Assembly: GCA_965237955.1 (NCBI GenBank)
Contig: OZ250169.1
Location: 5,760,001 to 5,824,000 of the forward strand
Reading direction: 5' to 3'
Origin: Candidatus Marinacidobacterales bacterium
Lineage (GTDB): Bacteria; Acidobacteriota; Vicinamibacteria; Marinacidobacterales; SMYC01
DNA: 64,000 nucleotides
The position numbers and the translations under genes are program-made. Below, one piece after another: positions 52,378-61,187 of this stretch (its first letter is position 1; each line of letters begins with the position of its first letter). The notes beneath the pieces were generated by a model. That model was not told the DNA's origin and did no database searches. It worked only from the letters and a program-made list of their open reading frames with translations.

Positions 52378-55300
52378 ATGCCCGCTAAGCTCCGTTTTGC
52401 CAAAGCGGAGGCGATCGTCGACTTCCCGAAGGCGGAGGCGCGCGTTCGTTCGTTTTGGAAGTCAGAGCGCATTTTCGAGAAGAGTGTTGCGATGCGCCAG
52501 GGGCGAGAGACTTTCATCTGGGACGACGGTCCACCGACTGCGAACGGCAAACCTCACAACGGACACGTTCTGACGCGGGTCTTCAAAGACATTTTTCCAC
52601 GATACCGCACCATGCGCGGTTTCTACGCGGAGCGCAAAGCGGGATGGGATACTCACGGTCTCCCCGTCGAGGTCGAAGTCGAAAAAGAGCTCGGTATCCA
52701 CGGTAAGGCCGAAATCGAAGCCTACGGCGTCGAGGCGTTTATCGAGCGCTGCATGGACTCCGTTTTCCGCTACACGAGAGAGTGGGAGCGCATGACGGAG
52801 CAGATGGGCCACTGGGTCGATCTGTCCGATGCGTACGTTACCTACCACAAGAGCTACATCGAGAGCGTGTGGTGGGCGCTCGCGAAGCTGTTCGAGAAGA
52901 ACCTCCTTTATCAAGGACACAAAGTCCTTTGGTGGTGGGCCCAAGGTGGGACCGCGCTCTCATCAGCGGAAGTCGGGCTCGGTTACAAGACCGTCGACGA
53001 CCCCTCGGTCTACGTAGCGTGCCCGCTCCTCGACGAGCCTGACACGGCGCTTCTGGTGTGGACGACGACGCCGTGGACGCTGCCGTCCAACATGTACGCG
53101 GCGGTGAAGCCCGACGTGGACTATGTCGTCGTCGACGACGGCGAGCGCAAGCTGATCGTTGCGGACGCGCTGCGCGCGACCATCGCCGGCAAGCTCGGCA
53201 GAGAGCTCCCCATCGTCCGTGAGCTGAAGGGTGAAGCCCTCCTGGGCAAGCGCTACCGCCCCCCGTTCGACGATTACTACGAACGTTACGGCGAGCAGGA
53301 AGTCGCGCTGAAAGCCGGAGGCACGACACCGCTTTTCTGGAAAGTGCTCGCCGCCGATTTCGTGGAGCTCGATCAAGGTACGGGACTAGTACACGAAGCA
53401 CCGGCCTTCGGTGAAGTCGACCACGAGCTCCACCGCGCGGTCATCTCGGAGTACGAGGATCCGGACGCCGTCCCGCTACTATGCGGGATCGCGCCCGACG
53501 GCAAGTTCACCGACGACGTTCCGTCGCTCGCGGGCCAGTGGGTCAAGGACGCCGACAAACAGATCGTGCGCGCGATGAAAGAGCGCGGGACACTCATCCA
53601 TCAGGAGACCTATCGGCACGAGTACCCCTTTTGCTGGCGCGCTGACGAAGACCCGCTCATCCAGTTCGCGCGCCCCGCGTGGTTCATCCGCACGACCGCG
53701 CTCATCGACAAAGCCATCGCAAATAATGAGGCGGTCAACTGGATCCCGGAGCACATCAAAGAGGGCCGTTTCGGCGATTTCCTCGCGAACAATGTGGATT
53801 GGGCCTTGTCGCGAGAACGCTATTGGGGGACGCCGCTCAACATCTGGGTGAACGACGTTACCGGGAAGATGACGGCACCGAGCTCCGTCGATGAGATCCG
53901 CGCGAAAAATCCCAACGCCTTCGAGTCTTTCGAGAAGGCCAAGAAGAAAAATCCCGACCTATCGGAGCACCTCCTCGTCCACAAGCCGTGGATCGACGAC
54001 GTCACCTTCACCGAGCCTGGAGAAGAAGGTGTCTACCGGCGGGTCCCTGAAGTCATCGACTGCTGGTTCGACTCCGGCAGCATGCCGTTCGCGCAGTGGG
54101 GCTATCCGCGAGGTGGGCACGACAAGTTCAAGGAAACGTTTCCCGCGGACTACATCGTCGAAGCGATCGATCAAACGCGCGGCTGGTTCTACTCGATGTT
54201 GATGATCTCGACCCTCGTGTTCGATCACGACTATCCTCATCCCTTCAAGACCTGCATCGTGCTCGGGCACGTCAATGACAAGAAAGGGAAGAAGGAGTCG
54301 AAGTCCAAGGGCAACTACACGCCTCCCGAAGTCATCCTCGAAAAAGTCGCGATGCATTTCGCGGTGATCGAAGCGCCCAAGGTGCCGCCCCAAGACGGCG
54401 TCGCGCTGATCGCGCGCGAGGATCTCGAAGGTCTCGATTTGAATCCTGGCGCACCAGTTCTGGTGAACGGCGTCGAGCACACGCTCGGGCCGGCGAAGGG
54501 GCTTCCTCGCCGTGTGGTCGTTCTTCCCGAAGACGTCCGCGAAAAGCTCGGCGTCTCGTTCGCGGAACGAGGTCTCTCGATTCTGCCCGCGGACGTACTG
54601 CGACTCGAGGAGAGCCAACGCGTTTCAATAGAAGACCCCAACACCCCGGCGCCGGGCGCGGACGCGTTCCGCTGGTTCTTTCTGGCCAGCAATCCACCGT
54701 GGGGCTCGAAGCGCCACTCGCTCGGCAATGTCCGCGCGCTGCAAAAAGAATTCCCGATCAAGCTCAGAAACGTCTATAGCTTCTTTACGATCTATGCGTC
54801 CATCGACGACTTCGACCCGAGAGCCGAGAAGGGACGGCCCGTCGCCGAACGGTCGTTTCTCGACAGGTGGATTCTCTCGGAGCTCGCGGTGCTCAACCGG
54901 AATGTGATCGATCATCTCGACAACTACCGCGCGTACGAAGCGTCGCGTGAGCTGACGAACTTCGTGGACGTGCTGTCGAACTGGTATCTGCGCCGGAGCC
55001 GAGGGCGATTCTGGAAATCGGAGCGCGATGACGACAAGCTCGACGCCTACGCGACGCTCTATGAATCGCTCGTGACCGTGGCCAAGCTCGCGGCTCCATT
55101 CGTGCCGTTCATGACCGAGGAGATCTACCAAAATCTCGTACGCGCCACCTGTGGAGACGACGCTCCCGAAAGCGTGCATCTGTGTGACTACCCGGGCGCG
55201 GACGAATCGTGTGTCGACACGCGCTTGAACGAAGAGATGACCGTCGTCCGGGACACGGTTTCCCTCGGTTTACGTGTGAGAACCGACAAGAAGCTCAAAG

Positions 55301-56004
55301 TACGGCAACCGCTGTCCAAGGCCGAGATCACGCTGTCCCATCCGGAGCTCGACGAGCGTGTCCGCGCCTATGGTGATCTGATTGCCGAAGAGCTGAACGT
55401 TCGGGAAGTTCGGTTCGTGCACGGCGCCGAAGAGCACATCGAGTACCAGGTCAAGCCGAATTTCCGCAAGCTCGGCCCGCGCGTCGGCAAGAAGATGCCG
55501 GCGGTGAAGGCGGCGCTCGCTGCCGCCGACGGGAGCGCATTGAGGGCCTCGCTCCTGAAAGACGGAAAGACCACCGTCGACATCGACGGCGAAGCGTTGA
55601 GCCTTGGCCTCGAAGACGTCGAAGTCGCCGTGCACGCCAAAGAGGGCTACGCGGCCGCCGGCGACCAGACGGCCGTTGTCGTATTGTCGACCGAGCTCAC
55701 ACCCGAGCTCGTCGACGAAGGTATCTACCGCGAGCTCCTGAGCCGTGTCCAAGCGTTTCGCAAAGACCTAGGCCTCGAATACACGCAGCGCATCTCCCTC
55801 GCGGTCGATGGCCCCGCGTCGCTCCGAGCGATCGTCGACGACCGTCGAGAGCACTTCATGGAAGAAACGCTGTGCGTCGAGCTGGTGGACGATCTCGAAG
55901 GCTCGGAGCGTGAAGTCGAGATCGAGGGCGACCCGGTCACGATCACGCTCGCTAAGGCGCAAGAAACAAACGCAAAGTCGCAAAGTCGCAAAGACGCGAA
56001 GTGA
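52378..56004 (+). CDS. ileS: Isoleucine--tRNA ligase, type 2, with an internal insertion
   Basis: DGPPTANGKPHNGH, GWDTHGLPVE, WTTTPWTLPSN, DWALSRERYWGTP, DQTRGWF and KESKS motifs; IleRS2-type C-terminus. Confidence 0.96.
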   Translation: MPAKLRFAKAEAIVDFPKAEARVRSFWKSERIFEKSVAMRQGRETFIWDDGPPTANGKPHNGHVLTRVFKDIFPRYRTMRGFYAERKAGWDTHGLPVEVEVEKELGIHGKAEIEAYGVEAFIERCMDSVFRYTREWERMTEQMGHWVDLSDAYVTYHKSYIESVWWALAKLFEKNLLYQGHKVLWWWAQGGTALSSAEVGLGYKTVDDPSVYVACPLLDEPDTALLVWTTTPWTLPSNMYAAVKPDVDYVVVDDGERKLIVADALRATIAGKLGRELPIVRELKGEALLGKRYRPPFDDYYERYGEQEVALKAGGTTPLFWKVLAADFVELDQGTGLVHEAPAFGEVDHELHRAVISEYEDPDAVPLLCGIAPDGKFTDDVPSLAGQWVKDADKQIVRAMKERGTLIHQETYRHEYPFCWRADEDPLIQFARPAWFIRTTALIDKAIANNEAVNWIPEHIKEGRFGDFLANNVDWALSRERYWGTPLNIWVNDVTGKMTAPSSVDEIRAKNPNAFESFEKAKKKNPDLSEHLLVHKPWIDDVTFTEPGEEGVYRRVPEVIDCWFDSGSMPFAQWGYPRGGHDKFKETFPADYIVEAIDQTRGWFYSMLMISTLVFDHDYPHPFKTCIVLGHVNDKKGKKESKSKGNYTPPEVILEKVAMHFAVIEAPKVPPQDGVALIAREDLEGLDLNPGAPVLVNGVEHTLGPAKGLPRRVVVLPEDVREKLGVSFAERGLSILPADVLRLEESQRVSIEDPNTPAPGADAFRWFFLASNPPWGSKRHSLGNVRALQKEFPIKLRNVYSFFTIYASIDDFDPRAEKGRPVAERSFLDRWILSELAVLNRNVIDHLDNYRAYEASRELTNFVDVLSNWYLRRSRGRFWKSERDDDKLDAYATLYESLVTVAKLAAPFVPFMTEEIYQNLVRATCGDDAPESVHLCDYPGADESCVDTRLNEEMTVVRDTVSLGLRVRTDKKLKVRQPLSKAEITLSHPELDERVRAYGDLIAEELNVREVRFVHGAEEHIEYQVKPNFRKLGPRVGKKMPAVKAALAAADGSALRASLLKDGKTTVDIDGEALSLGLEDVEVAVHAKEGYAAAGDQTAVVVLSTELTPELVDEGIYRELLSRVQAFRKDLGLEYTQRISLAVDGPASLRAIVDDRREHFMEETLCVELVDDLEGSEREVEIEGDPVTITLAKAQETNAKSQSRKDAK

Positions 56005-56063
56005 AGGCACTTGCGGCGCCGACACTTTCTCTTTGCGGCCTTGCGCCTTGGCGCCTTTGCGTT
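55969..56063. repeat. Octamer-unit REP-like palindrome, copy 3, overlapping the ileS stop
   Basis: AACGCAAAG-TCGCAAAG-TCGCAAAG-ACGCGAAG ... CTTTGCGG-CCTTGCGC-CTTGGCGC-CTTTGCGTT. Confidence 0.8.
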
Positions 56064-56079
56064 GAAAATAGTCGCCGTT

Positions 56080-58956
56080 CTACCCGGCTAAGTCCTTCTT
56101 CAGCGCTTCGAGCTTTTCCAGCATCTCTCGAAGTTCTTTGTCCTTGGTTTTCTGCGCTTCGACGACGTCCGGTTTAGCGCCTTTCAGGAACTTGGGGTTT
56201 TCGAGCTTCTTCGTGACTTGCGTCAACTTTTTCTCCAAGTCGGCGCTTTCTTTTTCGATGCGCTTCAGCTCGGCATCGATGTCGACGTGGCGTCCCAGAT
56301 CCACATAGAGCTCGAAGGCCGGATCGACGACGGTCACCGCCCCATCGGGTTTGGCGTTCGCTATTTCGAGCGATTCGAGGTTTGCCAGGCTCGAGAGCAC
56401 CGGGCGGGTTTTTTCTAGAAGCGAGGCGACCGCATCATCGAGAGGCTTCACGGCAACGTTCAAGCGCACGTTGTCGGGGATGCGCGCGTTGGAGCGACTT
56501 GTTCGCACGCGGCTGACGAGACGCTGGAGCGATTCGAACGTGTCTTCGAGCGCAGCGTCGGGCTCTCGTTCTCCCTTAGGCGCTCTCTCGAGAATCAGCA
56601 GGTCGGACTCGGGACGCTTGCCGAGCCATAGCTTCTTCGCGTCCATCGCCTCGAGAAGCTTGCCCCAGAGCTCTTCGGTGATGAACGGTGCGACGGGGTG
56701 GAGCATGCGGAGGATCTCGGCGAGGGTCACCCCGAGCTCGTGTGCGGCCCGTCGGGCCGCGGCTCCGTCGTCGCCTGTTGTCCGGGGTTTCGTGAGCTCC
56801 AGATACCAATCGCAGTAATCGTTCCAAATGAATCGGTAGAGCGCGTGGCCGACGGGCGCGAAGTCGTACCCTTCGAGCGCGGCGCGAACTTCGCGTACCG
56901 TTGATGCGGTTCTCGAGCCGATCCAGTCGTCTTCGACAGTCGGCTCGGCCTCGCCCGCATCGGGGCCGGGGCCGGGGGCTGCCTCGAGCGATAGCAATAC
57001 GTAGCGGCTCGCGTTCCAGAGCTTGGTCATGAAACGGCGCCCAATCTCGTTGAAACGGTGAAGCGATAGGCGCATCTCCTGTCCTTCGGAGCAGGAGTGG
57101 ACCAGCGTGAACCGCAACGCATCCGCACCGACGGCCTCGAACCCGTCGGGGAAGTTCTTGTCCACGCGCGCGGTGAGCTCTTTCATGTTGTGCGGACGCG
57201 CTTCGTAGATGGGGCCTTTGAGATCCTCGGTCGTGGCGCCATCGATGACGACGAGCGGATCGATGCCGTTGCCTTTGCTCTTGCTCATGACCGCGCCACG
57301 ATCGTCGAGCACCGTCGGATGGATGTAAACGTCCCGATAGGGGAGCTTTCCGGTCATCTCGAGGCCGGAGAAGTTCATGCGCGCGACCCAAAAAAAGATG
57401 ATGTCCTTGCTCGTCGACAGCACACTCGTGGGGAAGTACCGCTCGAAATCCTTCGTCTGATCCGGCCAGCCGAGCGTCGTCATCGACCAAAGCCACGAGC
57501 TGAACCAGGTATCCAAAACGTCAGGGTCCTGATACCATTCGTCCGGAGCTTGGCGCACGGCCTTCGGCGTGTCGATATCGACGGCGATCTCACCGGTCTC
57601 CTTGTGGAACCAAGCTGGAATCCGGTGTCCCCACCAAATCTGCCGGCTGATGGTCCAATCCCGAATGTTGGTAAGCCACGCGTAGTAAATCTTTTCCCAG
57701 CGCGGCGGATGGAAGAACAGACCACTCTCGCCCGTCTTTTCCCAGCCGTCTCCGCCTCGTGCACGCCGGTAGCCGCTCGCCTCGAGAGCTTTCTCTGCAA
57801 GCGGCTTCATGCGGACGAACCACTGATCCGAAAGGCGGTACTCAATGGGAGCTCCGGAGCGCTGCGCGCGGCCGATAGGCACCATGCGGTCTTCGATTTT
57901 GTCGAGAAGGCCTTCCTCCTCGAGAGCCTTCACGGCTTCTGCGCGGGCTTGGTAGCGATCGAGCCCACGAAACCGCTCGGGAACAACGTCGTTCATCGTG
58001 GCATCGCCGTTCATGACGTTGATGGGCTCGAGGTCGTGCCGCTGGCCGACGTCGAAGTCGTTGGCGTCGTGTGCGGGCGTGATCTTGAGACAGCCGGTGC
58101 CGAACTCGCGATCCACGTAGTCGTCGGCGATGATGGGGATCAGCCGTCCCTGGAGAGGTAGCCGTACCTGCTCGCCAATGAGCTTACGGTAGCGATCGTC
58201 TTCGGGGTGGACGGCGACGGCCACGTCGCCGAAAAGCGTTTCCGGTCGCGTCGTGGCGACGGTCAAGTGCTCGACGCCGCTTTCGAGATTGCCCGGCTCG
58301 ACGAGTGGGTAGCGGATGTGCCACAGGTGTCCCGGCTCGCCGCCGTCTTTCGTGTTCACCTCGTCGTCGGAGAGGGCGGTCTGGTCCACCGGACACCAGT
58401 TCACGATGCGCTTGCCCCGGTACAAAAGGCCTCGATCGTAAAGTGCTTTGAAGACGGTGCGGACGCCGCGCGACGGCCCATCGTCCATGGTGAAACACGT
58501 TCGCCGCCAATCACACGAGCAGCCCAGCTTTTCGAGCTGCGTCAAGATCATGTCGCCGAACTTCTTCTTCCACTCCCAGGCCTTCTCGATGAACTTCTCG
58601 CGACCGAGCTCGCGGTAGTCGACGCCCTCGGCGTCGAGATGCTTGCGCACGACGGTTTGTGTCGAGATGCCGGCATGATCCGTACCGGGGAGCCACAACG
58701 CGTCGTAGCCGTCCATCCGCTTGTAGCGGATCAAGACGTCTTGAATGGTGTTGTTCAGAGCGTGGCCCATGTGGAGGCGTCCGGTCACGTTCGGCGGCGG
58801 GATGGCGATGGTGAACCGAGGCTTATCCGCCTCTTCGGGCGAACGGGGCTTGCCGTCCCGATCGTAAACGCTATCGAAGCAGTGGCGATCCCGCCAGAGT
58901 TGGTAGATGCGTTTTTCGGTGCTCTTGAAGTCGTATCGTGTCGGGATTTCCATCAT
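56080..58956 (-). CDS. valS: Valine--tRNA ligase
   Basis: PPPNVTGRLHMGHA, ATTRPET, DWTISRQIWWGH, DVLDTWFSS and VMSKSKGN motifs; C-terminal coiled coil. Confidence 0.97.
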   Translation of the reverse strand: MMEIPTRYDFKSTEKRIYQLWRDRHCFDSVYDRDGKPRSPEEADKPRFTIAIPPPNVTGRLHMGHALNNTIQDVLIRYKRMDGYDALWLPGTDHAGISTQTVVRKHLDAEGVDYRELGREKFIEKAWEWKKKFGDMILTQLEKLGCSCDWRRTCFTMDDGPSRGVRTVFKALYDRGLLYRGKRIVNWCPVDQTALSDDEVNTKDGGEPGHLWHIRYPLVEPGNLESGVEHLTVATTRPETLFGDVAVAVHPEDDRYRKLIGEQVRLPLQGRLIPIIADDYVDREFGTGCLKITPAHDANDFDVGQRHDLEPINVMNGDATMNDVVPERFRGLDRYQARAEAVKALEEEGLLDKIEDRMVPIGRAQRSGAPIEYRLSDQWFVRMKPLAEKALEASGYRRARGGDGWEKTGESGLFFHPPRWEKIYYAWLTNIRDWTISRQIWWGHRIPAWFHKETGEIAVDIDTPKAVRQAPDEWYQDPDVLDTWFSSWLWSMTTLGWPDQTKDFERYFPTSVLSTSKDIIFFWVARMNFSGLEMTGKLPYRDVYIHPTVLDDRGAVMSKSKGNGIDPLVVIDGATTEDLKGPIYEARPHNMKELTARVDKNFPDGFEAVGADALRFTLVHSCSEGQEMRLSLHRFNEIGRRFMTKLWNASRYVLLSLEAAPGPGPDAGEAEPTVEDDWIGSRTASTVREVRAALEGYDFAPVGHALYRFIWNDYCDWYLELTKPRTTGDDGAAARRAAHELGVTLAEILRMLHPVAPFITEELWGKLLEAMDAKKLWLGKRPESDLLILERAPKGEREPDAALEDTFESLQRLVSRVRTSRSNARIPDNVRLNVAVKPLDDAVASLLEKTRPVLSSLANLESLEIANAKPDGAVTVVDPAFELYVDLGRHVDIDAELKRIEKESADLEKKLTQVTKKLENPKFLKGAKPDVVEAQKTKDKELREMLEKLEALKKDLAG

Positions 58957-59219
58957 GAGTCAGGCGAAAAGTGTCCGCAGTACCAGTCGAGGGCGACCGA
59001 GGGGAACACGTAGTGGAGCTTCCCGTCGTGGGATACGACCTGGGGTGGGTTCAAGTTACAAGTTCCCGAATGGCCTGCCGTTTGGCTCGGTAACGCGTGG
59101 TAGAAGATGCATTTGCGGCAAACGGGTTGGCCCAGCTCCTTCAGTTGTTTGAAATCGCTTCCAAAGACTCATGGCGTCTCGGGATTATAAGCGATACTCT
59201 CTGTGAGAGGAGGTCAATT

Positions 59220-60224
59220 ATGTCTTTTGGAGGCAGTGGTAAGGGACCGTTCGATTTCGATCCGTCCAAAATGCCGCACATTAACATTCCCAAGTTCGTG
59301 CCGAAGAACGTCATCGGAATTCTGGCGGCATTGTTCGCCGCGGTGATGTTGTTCAGCTCCGTCTACCAGATCCAGCCTGACGAAAATGGGGTCGTGCTCC
59401 AGTTTGGTGAATTCACCGCCATCACCAACCCGGGGCTTCATTTCCTGATTCCCTTTGTCGAGCACGTCATCAAAGTGCCGGTCGAACGAGTAATCAAGCA
59501 AGAGTTCGGTTTCAGAACCGCGGACGCTGGCGTGCGGACACAATACAGCAGCGCCGACTTCACCCACGAATCCGCCATGCTCACAGGAGATTTGAACGTC
59601 GCCGTGGTGGAGTGGATCGTGCAGTACAAGATCAAGAACGCCGAGGAATACACGTTCAACGTGCGCAATCCGGAGTCGACGTTTCGCGATATGAGCGAAG
59701 CAGCGATGCGGCAGGTCGTGGGTGACCACGGCGTGGACGAGGTCATCACCACCGGACGCGCGAGTGTCGCTGATCAGGCCCAGGACATTTTGCAAAGGCT
59801 ATGCGACCTGTACGAGATCGGCATCGATGTCCAGCAGCTCGTCCTCCAGGACGTGAACCCGCCCGATCCGGTGAAGCCATCGTTCAACGAGGTGAATGAA
59901 GCCATCCAGGAGAAGGAACAGCTCATCAACCTCGCCCGCACCGAGTACAACCAGGCCATTCCCAAAGCGAGAGGCGAAGCCCAGCAGCTGATTCAAGAGG
60001 CCGTAGGCTACGCCGCGGCGCGGGTGAACCGCGCCCAAGGCGAAGCGACGCGATTCGAATCGATTTACGCGGAGTACCGCAAGGCGCCTCGGGTGACGCG
60101 CTCTCGCATGTATCTCGAGATGCTCAACGAAGTGTTACCGCGAGTCGGCAAGAAGGTCATTCTCGATGAGGACGGCACGGGAGTGCTCCCTCTGTTGAAC
60201 TTGACCGCGGAGGGAAAGAAATGA
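59220..60224 (+). CDS. hflK: FtsH protease modulator HflK
   Basis: GAGGAGG RBS; TM helix; SPFH domain MLTGD.N, PP.PVK.SF, IPKARGEA and RMYLE. Confidence 0.93.
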   Translation: MSFGGSGKGPFDFDPSKMPHINIPKFVPKNVIGILAALFAAVMLFSSVYQIQPDENGVVLQFGEFTAITNPGLHFLIPFVEHVIKVPVERVIKQEFGFRTADAGVRTQYSSADFTHESAMLTGDLNVAVVEWIVQYKIKNAEEYTFNVRNPESTFRDMSEAAMRQVVGDHGVDEVITTGRASVADQAQDILQRLCDLYEIGIDVQQLVLQDVNPPDPVKPSFNEVNEAIQEKEQLINLARTEYNQAIPKARGEAQQLIQEAVGYAAARVNRAQGEATRFESIYAEYRKAPRVTRSRMYLEMLNEVLPRVGKKVILDEDGTGVLPLLNLTAEGKK

Positions 60225-61150
60225 CGCGCGCGTTTATTATCGTTGTAGTTTTGTTCATCATTCTCTTGGTCCCGGGCGCTCTCTTCGTCGTGGATCAGAG
60301 AGAACAGGTGATCATCACCCAGTTCGGCGAGCCGGTCGGGGACGCCATCACCGAACCGGGACTCAAATTCAAGCTGCCATGGATCCAGAAAGTCTTGCGC
60401 TTCGACAAACGCTGGCTTCCTTGGGACGGGGACGCGAATCAGATTCCGACCAAAGACAAGAAGTTCATCTGGGTCGATACTTATGCGCGCTGGCGGATCG
60501 CGGATCCGTTGGCGTTTTACAAGGCCGTCCGTAACCAGCAGCGAGCGCAGAGCGTTCTCGACGACATCATCGATGGCGAGACGCGCAACGCGGTGGCAAG
60601 CTACAACCTCATCGAGATCGTCCGCTCTTCCGATCGCGAGTTCGAAATCACCGAAGAGATCGGCGGGTTCGTCGACGAAACGGTCGCGCAGGAGATCGTG
60701 AGTGGACGGGATGCGATCACCCGCAGCATCCTCGAACAATCCTCGCTGGTTACGCCGAACTTCGGCATCGAGCTCGTGGACGTGCAGTTCAAGCGCATCA
60801 ACTACACGGTAGAAGTGCGCGAGTCGGTGTATCAGCGGATGATCTCAGAGCGGAAGCGGATTGCGGAGCGGAGTCGCTCCGAAGGTCAAGGTCGCTCGGC
60901 GGAAATTCGGGGAGAGAAGGAGCGTGACCTCCAGGAGATCGAGTCCGAAGCGTTCAAGACCGCGGAAGAAACTCGCGGACGTGCGGACGCGGAGGCGACG
61001 CAGATCTATGCGGCCGCGTACAGCAAAGACCCCGATTTCTACCAGTTCTTGAAGACGCTCGAAACTTATCGAAGTAGTCTCGACGAGGACGTGACGCTTG
61101 TGCTCAGTAGCGATTCCGAGTTCCTGAAATTTCTCAAGACCTCGCGCTGA
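60221..61150 (+). CDS. hflC: FtsH protease modulator HflC
   Basis: QFG.PV, PGL.FKLP, TKDKK...VD.YARWRI.DP, RMISER and FYQFLKTLE.Y motifs. Confidence 0.94.
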   Translation: MTRAFIIVVVLFIILLVPGALFVVDQREQVIITQFGEPVGDAITEPGLKFKLPWIQKVLRFDKRWLPWDGDANQIPTKDKKFIWVDTYARWRIADPLAFYKAVRNQQRAQSVLDDIIDGETRNAVASYNLIEIVRSSDREFEITEEIGGFVDETVAQEIVSGRDAITRSILEQSSLVTPNFGIELVDVQFKRINYTVEVRESVYQRMISERKRIAERSRSEGQGRSAEIRGEKERDLQEIESEAFKTAEETRGRADAEATQIYAAAYSKDPDFYQFLKTLETYRSSLDEDVTLVLSSDSEFLKFLKTSR

Positions 61151-61187
61151 TTGATGATGATGAGATGAGTTTCCCGTTCACTCGGAG

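Noticed and set aside
57275-57295. ValRS VMSKS as a defective signature
   Set aside because: The catalytic second Lys is retained and the first position is known to vary
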